DNA of 32,000 nucleotides from Fibrobacterota bacterium (lineage in GTDB: Bacteria; Fibrobacterota; Chitinivibrionia; Chitinivibrionales; Chitinispirillaceae). Shown here piece after piece: positions 28,005 through 32,000 of this stretch (positions are counted from its first letter, which is position 1; the number at the start of each line of letters is the position of its first letter). The notes beneath the pieces were generated by a model that was given only the letters and a program-made list of their open reading frames with translations, made no database searches and was not told the DNA's origin. The position numbers and the translations under genes were made by a program. The stretch covers positions 1-32,000 of the forward strand of contig JAEZKP010000017.1 of the NCBI GenBank assembly GCA_023436145.1. Direction: 5' to 3'.

Positions 28005-28201
28005 TTGATTTTAGCTCGGGCTAACTTTAGTTCATCACCAAAAGACCATAACTCCAGCCTCCAAATATTATTATCTGCTCAAATTGCTATTTCTTTGTTG
28101 AATACTGATATCATACATGCTAAAATGATTCAAAAGGCAAGAAATTCATTCAGGTTTTTCAGGCAGAAAACAATTAAACCAGCCTATTCAGAGGAAGAAT
28201 C

Positions 28202-29452
28202 ATGACTTATGCGTTTTCAGTCATTACTATCGTATCAATTACTTTTTCAGTACATCTGTTCTTTCAACTGAGGAAATTAAAGCACCAAGCTAAGCAAAAA
28301 TCTTTCTGGTACGAGTCGATACTTGATAATCTACCATTTCCCATTTCTGTCACCGATACGCATATGAAATGGACATTCATTAATAAAGCTGCAGAAAATG
28401 TCTGTGGTAAAAAAAGACACCAGGTGATCGGACATCAATGCAGTGAATGGGGTGCAGATATATGCAATACTGATAGATGTGGCATAAAAAGCCTGCAAAG
28501 AGGGCAACAAACCTCTACTTTCACTCAACCAGGGCTTGATATGGATTTTCAGGTTGATTCATTCTATCTGAAGGATAGCTCAGATAAAATTACCGGCCAC
28601 CTGGAAATAGTGATGGATATCTCGGCTATACAGCGGGATTTAAAATATCAGGACAGACAGCTGGCCAGTTTATCTCAAATGCTTGATTCAGTTTCCAAGG
28701 GGGATCTGAAAGTCCAGTTTACTCCGGAAAATGCCGACCGCTACTCAGTTAATACCTTTGAACGATGGACCAGGCTCTCAGATGCGCTCAACAAGACCAT
28801 AAATAGCTTAAGATCTGCAATAACCATGATGTCACAATCTGCAACTTCTCTTTCAGAAAATGCAGATGAAACATCCTCTTCATCTACTCAGATTGCTACT
28901 GCAATTGAAGAGATGACCAGCTCTTTCACTGAAATGTCCCGTTTATTCCAGGATCAGAAATCAATTACCGATCTTACAGTTAACCGGACAAACGAAGTAA
29001 TCACAGCTATCAGAGATCTGCAGAATTCTGCTCACAACATCACCAAAATCGTTGAAACAATAACTGATATTGCAGATCAAACAAATTTACTCGCTCTCAA
29101 TGCAGCAATCGAAGCAGCAAGTGCCGGTGAAACCGGCAGAGGTTTCGCTATTGTTGCCAGTGAAGTCAAGGAACTGGCCAGGCAAACCGCACTGTCTTCT
29201 AAGGAAATTGATAAAATTGTAGAAAACCTCCTCTTAAAGGTTAACTCTCTGCAAGACATATCGCAGGAAGTCAACACAACCGTTTCAGAAAAGCTCAGCA
29301 GTATCTCCCTGGCAGCTGCCACGTCAGTCGAAGAGCAGTCCGTGGTTATTAATCAGATCGCTATTAACGCAAATCAAACCAGTACACGTGGAAACGAACT
29401 TGCCAGACTGAGTCAGGATTTAAAAGCTACGGTAAGCCGTTTTCAGGTTTAA
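28202..29452 (+). CDS. Methyl-accepting chemotaxis protein with one N-terminal TM helix and a Cys-rich PAS-like sensor
   Basis: The highly conserved MCP signalling hairpin is present ([37 protein letters not shown]). The N-terminal TM segment is [17 protein letters not shown]. The sensor segment [17 protein letters not shown]...[43 protein letters not shown] follows. GAGGAAG SD lies upstream. Confidence 0.9.
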   Translation: MTYAFSVITIVSITFSVHLFFQLRKLKHQAKQKSFWYESILDNLPFPISVTDTHMKWTFINKAAENVCGKKRHQVIGHQCSEWGADICNTDRCGIKSLQRGQQTSTFTQPGLDMDFQVDSFYLKDSSDKITGHLEIVMDISAIQRDLKYQDRQLASLSQMLDSVSKGDLKVQFTPENADRYSVNTFERWTRLSDALNKTINSLRSAITMMSQSATSLSENADETSSSSTQIATAIEEMTSSFTEMSRLFQDQKSITDLTVNRTNEVITAIRDLQNSAHNITKIVETITDIADQTNLLALNAAIEAASAGETGRGFAIVASEVKELARQTALSSKEIDKIVENLLLKVNSLQDISQEVNTTVSEKLSSISLAAATSVEEQSVVINQIAINANQTSTRGNELARLSQDLKATVSRFQV

Positions 29453-29658
29453 ACGATACCATTATGAAGCTATAGCATTCCTGGATTTACTGAAACTCTT
29501 TTTTACCCGACTCCGCAGTTTGAGATAGTCGCAGAAAAGAAAATTATTCGTGTTCTTTACATTATTTATCAGAGTGCGGGCAGGACATACATATTAAATA
29601 CTATACAACATAAGCAATGGGGCAAGTCGAAACGCCACATTGAACAGCATTTTCAGGA

Positions 29659-30381
29659 TCAATCTTCTGAATATTCGATAACAGTAGTAATTTGATGGTT
29701 GCCACCAGAAATGTTGAGCGATACCAGAGTACGATTGTTTCTCCAGGTAGTACGGCAACTTAAAAATCCGATACTCACTGCAAAACCCCATTTGGAAGGA
29801 TCATTAGAATACATTTCGTTTTTCCAATCCATCCTGTCGGAAACCGGAACTCCGTAAATAGGTTTTAAATATTTTTTCAACTCCTCATAATCTCTAAAAT
29901 AGCGGGCTGGATCCACATGATCCTGCTTAATCTTCAGTTCTGCTTTTTTCAGGCAATCCTTCTCAAAAAAATAGATCACCTGACAAGTATACCCCAAAAA
30001 CTCCAGATCATATTGAAGATGTTCATTGTCGCTTTTAATCTGCTTAGCTTTTTCTGCATTTTTTACTTGGGCCTTGCTCATCCCCCAGCGTACGTTTCTG
30101 AAATCGAAACTTGTGTCATTTCTTACTATATCAATTAATGACGTACGACTTTTATCAAGCGGCATTAAAACCTTTCCGGTTACTTCCTGCCCGCCAGATG
30201 TTTCGTTGTTCTTGGAAAAGTGTTCAGATTTTTCAAAGAGTCGCTGTTCCGAAACCGTTGCATATCGCCAGGTACCATTACTGAGAAGAAGCACTCTTTT
30301 CCCGTCAGCTGTAATGGCAGGCTGATCTGCATTTAATTGAACAATCTGAATTCCCGTCACAAAAATCATCAATAATCTCAT
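29659..30381 (-). CDS. Hypothetical secreted protein
   Basis: A 240-aa ORF with a hydrophobic N-terminus (MRLLMIFVTGIQIVQLNA). It carries a short DGKRVLLLSNGTWRY motif. I recognise no catalytic signature. Confidence 0.5.
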   Translation of the reverse strand: MRLLMIFVTGIQIVQLNADQPAITADGKRVLLLSNGTWRYATVSEQRLFEKSEHFSKNNETSGGQEVTGKVLMPLDKSRTSLIDIVRNDTSFDFRNVRWGMSKAQVKNAEKAKQIKSDNEHLQYDLEFLGYTCQVIYFFEKDCLKKAELKIKQDHVDPARYFRDYEELKKYLKPIYGVPVSDRMDWKNEMYSNDPSKWGFAVSIGFLSCRTTWRNNRTLVSLNISGGNHQITTVIEYSED

Positions 30382-30624
30382 CTTTAACCCTTTTTTTCTT
30401 GCAGTTATCTGCTAATTTTATCTTTAATTATTGCAAAAGGTAAAGAATTTTCTGCCATGTTTATCGTTATTATATAACCGGTACTGTTTTATTCTTGATT
30501 GGTTCTTTTCGGGGTGTTGCCAGTATCTGGTGCCTGGAGTTATTGAATTATACCTTTGTACCTCAGCATTTCTATTCTCCTACCCGGGATAAATCTATTT
30601 TTATGATAGTGAGGGTGAAAAAAA

Positions 30625-32000
30625 ATGAAACAACAATGGTTAAATGAATTAAATCCCAGGCAACTCGAAGCGGTAACCTTTGGAGAAGGGCCTCTGATGG
30701 TCATTGCCGGAGCAGGTAGCGGAAAAACAAAAACACTGGCTTACCGGGTTGCTCATCTTATTTCAAATGGAGTAAATCCGGAGCGGATATTACTGCTTAC
30801 CTTTACCCGCAGGGCAGCCAAAGAAATGCTCAACCGGGCTGCACAGGCAATGAGAAACGACTCCGAACTTACCTCCAGGGTATGGGGAGGCACATTCCAC
30901 GCCATTGCCAACAGGCTGCTTAGAATCTACTGCAATTCCATAGGGCTGCCTCAAGAGTTTACCATCATGGATCAATCCGATGCAGAAGATATGATAGATG
31001 TGATCCGGCATAAAAAAATCGATTCTCAAAAAGGAAGATTTCCCCGTAAAGGAACTTTACTGGCAATCTACTCCAGAAGGATGAACTCAGGTGATGAACT
31101 AGAACCTATAATAAAAAAACTCTTCCCCTGGTGCCATCGCTGGCTTAACGAAATTAAAGTAATTTTCAGAGAATATGTAGACACCAAACAGCAGCAGAAT
31201 ATTCTGGATTATGATGATCTTTTGCAATACTGGTATTATCTTCTTGAAGACCCGGCCATTTCAGATGCCATTTCAGACCGTTTCGATCATATTCTGGTTG
31301 ATGAATATCAGGATACTAACCACCGTCAAGCCGAAATCCTTTTACGTATGAGACAGAAAAAAAAGAACATCATGGTAGTGGGAGATGATGCACAGAGTAT
31401 TTACAGCTTCAGAGCTGCAACAGTGCATAATATCCTCCAGTTCCCGACTCTTTTCCCTGGAACCCATACAGTCAAACTTGAACAGAACTACCGCTCCACA
31501 GAACCTATTCTTACCACTGCCAATCATCTGATTTCCCAGGCCAGACAACGCTTTACCAAAAACCTTTTCACTGTCAGAGAAGGCGGGGATATTCCTAAAA
31601 TAATCACCTGCAAAGATGAACAGCACGAATCAGATATTATAATCGAGAAAATTCTTCACCATTATGAACAGGGTATTGCCCTTCACGACCAGGCTGTACT
31701 TTTCCGCTCCAGCTCTCATTCTGCATCACTGGAACTTGCATTGATGAAAAAAGAAATTCCATTCCATAAACATGGCGGATTGAAATTTCTGGATTCGGCA
31801 CATGTAAAAGATTTCCTGAGTATTATAAGAATTCTGGAGAACCCAAAAGATGAAATTGCCTGGTTCAGAATTCTCAAACTCTTTGATGGTGTCGGCCCGG
31901 CTACTGCATCCGCAATTTATCAGCATTACTCTTCCCATAACTTCTCAATCGATTCTCTCAATACTGCAGTTGTTCAAAAAAACGTACGGATGGACCTGCT
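30625..32000 (+). CDS. UvrD/Rep/PcrA-family superfamily-1 DNA helicase (5' portion; continues past the window end)
   Basis: I translated the open frame by hand. It is absent from the ORF track because no stop is reached. The sequence begins MKQQWLNELNPRQLEAV. Motif I is AGAGSGKT, motif Ia LLLTFTRRAAKEM, motif II VDEYQDTN, motif III VVGDDAQSIYSFRAA and motif IV QNYRST. GAGGGTGA SD lies before the ATG at 30625. Confidence 0.9.
   Translation, partial: MKQQWLNELNPRQLEAVTFGEGPLMVIAGAGSGKTKTLAYRVAHLISNGVNPERILLLTFTRRAAKEMLNRAAQAMRNDSELTSRVWGGTFHAIANRLLRIYCNSIGLPQEFTIMDQSDAEDMIDVIRHKKIDSQKGRFPRKGTLLAIYSRRMNSGDELEPIIKKLFPWCHRWLNEIKVIFREYVDTKQQQNILDYDDLLQYWYYLLEDPAISDAISDRFDHILVDEYQDTNHRQAEILLRMRQKKKNIMVVGDDAQSIYSFRAATVHNILQFPTLFPGTHTVKLEQNYRSTEPILTTANHLISQARQRFTKNLFTVREGGDIPKIITCKDEQHESDIIIEKILHHYEQGIALHDQAVLFRSSSHSASLELALMKKEIPFHKHGGLKFLDSAHVKDFLSIIRILENPKDEIAWFRILKLFDGVGPATASAIYQHYSSHNFSIDSLNTAVVQKNVRMDL

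Noticed and set aside
1-32000. Whole-window search for tRNA/rRNA genes, CRISPR arrays, transposases or integrases, toxin-antitoxin pairs and known defence-system gene pairs
   Set aside because: I found no T-loop/acceptor-like tRNA signatures, no regularly spaced direct repeats, no recombinase motifs and no small overlapping two-gene cassettes. The only helicase is a UvrD-like gene without visible partners. The window therefore looks like core chromosome rather than an accessory island.

Overview
The window is a densely packed bacterial chromosomal segment, moderately AT-rich by eye and read with the standard genetic code. TGA is used as a real stop, and most starts are preceded by strong AGGAGG-type Shine-Dalgarno sequences.

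The content is mainly housekeeping:
- rsuA, a VOC/glyoxalase gene, uppP, yhbY and an L-lactate permease.
- A recA-alaS-GGGPS/PcrB string on the minus strand.
- A malic enzyme, two-subunit class I fumarase and tautomerase operon.
- The 5' part of a UvrD/PcrA-type helicase.

Two blocks of cell-envelope genes are interleaved with these:
- 5.0-8.4 kb holds a lipoprotein beta-barrel, a CarboxypepD_reg-like lipoprotein, and an OmpA protein with thrombospondin-type-3 repeats.
- 14.5-20.5 kb holds a PEGA-domain protein, a zinc-ribbon membrane protein, a 403-aa outer-membrane barrel, and a 902-aa ELWxxDGT-repeat/CBM3-like/PKD surface protein.

A signalling pair follows: a soluble REC plus 7xPAS histidine kinase, and a chemoreceptor with a four-cysteine PAS-like sensor.

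I saw no tRNA or rRNA genes, CRISPR arrays, transposases, integrases or recognisable defence operons. The gene content (group-II GGGP synthase, TSP3-OmpA, ELWxxDGT protein) is compatible with an FCB-superphylum or Fibrobacteres-like organism. The strong SD usage argues against Bacteroidia. Both taxonomic points are inference only.

I found no convincing self-contained novel system. The most interesting items are the archaeal-type prenylglyceryl-phosphate synthase translationally coupled to alaS, the Cys-rich PAS chemoreceptor, the tautomerase appended to the malate/fumarate operon, and the uncharacterised envelope gene block.
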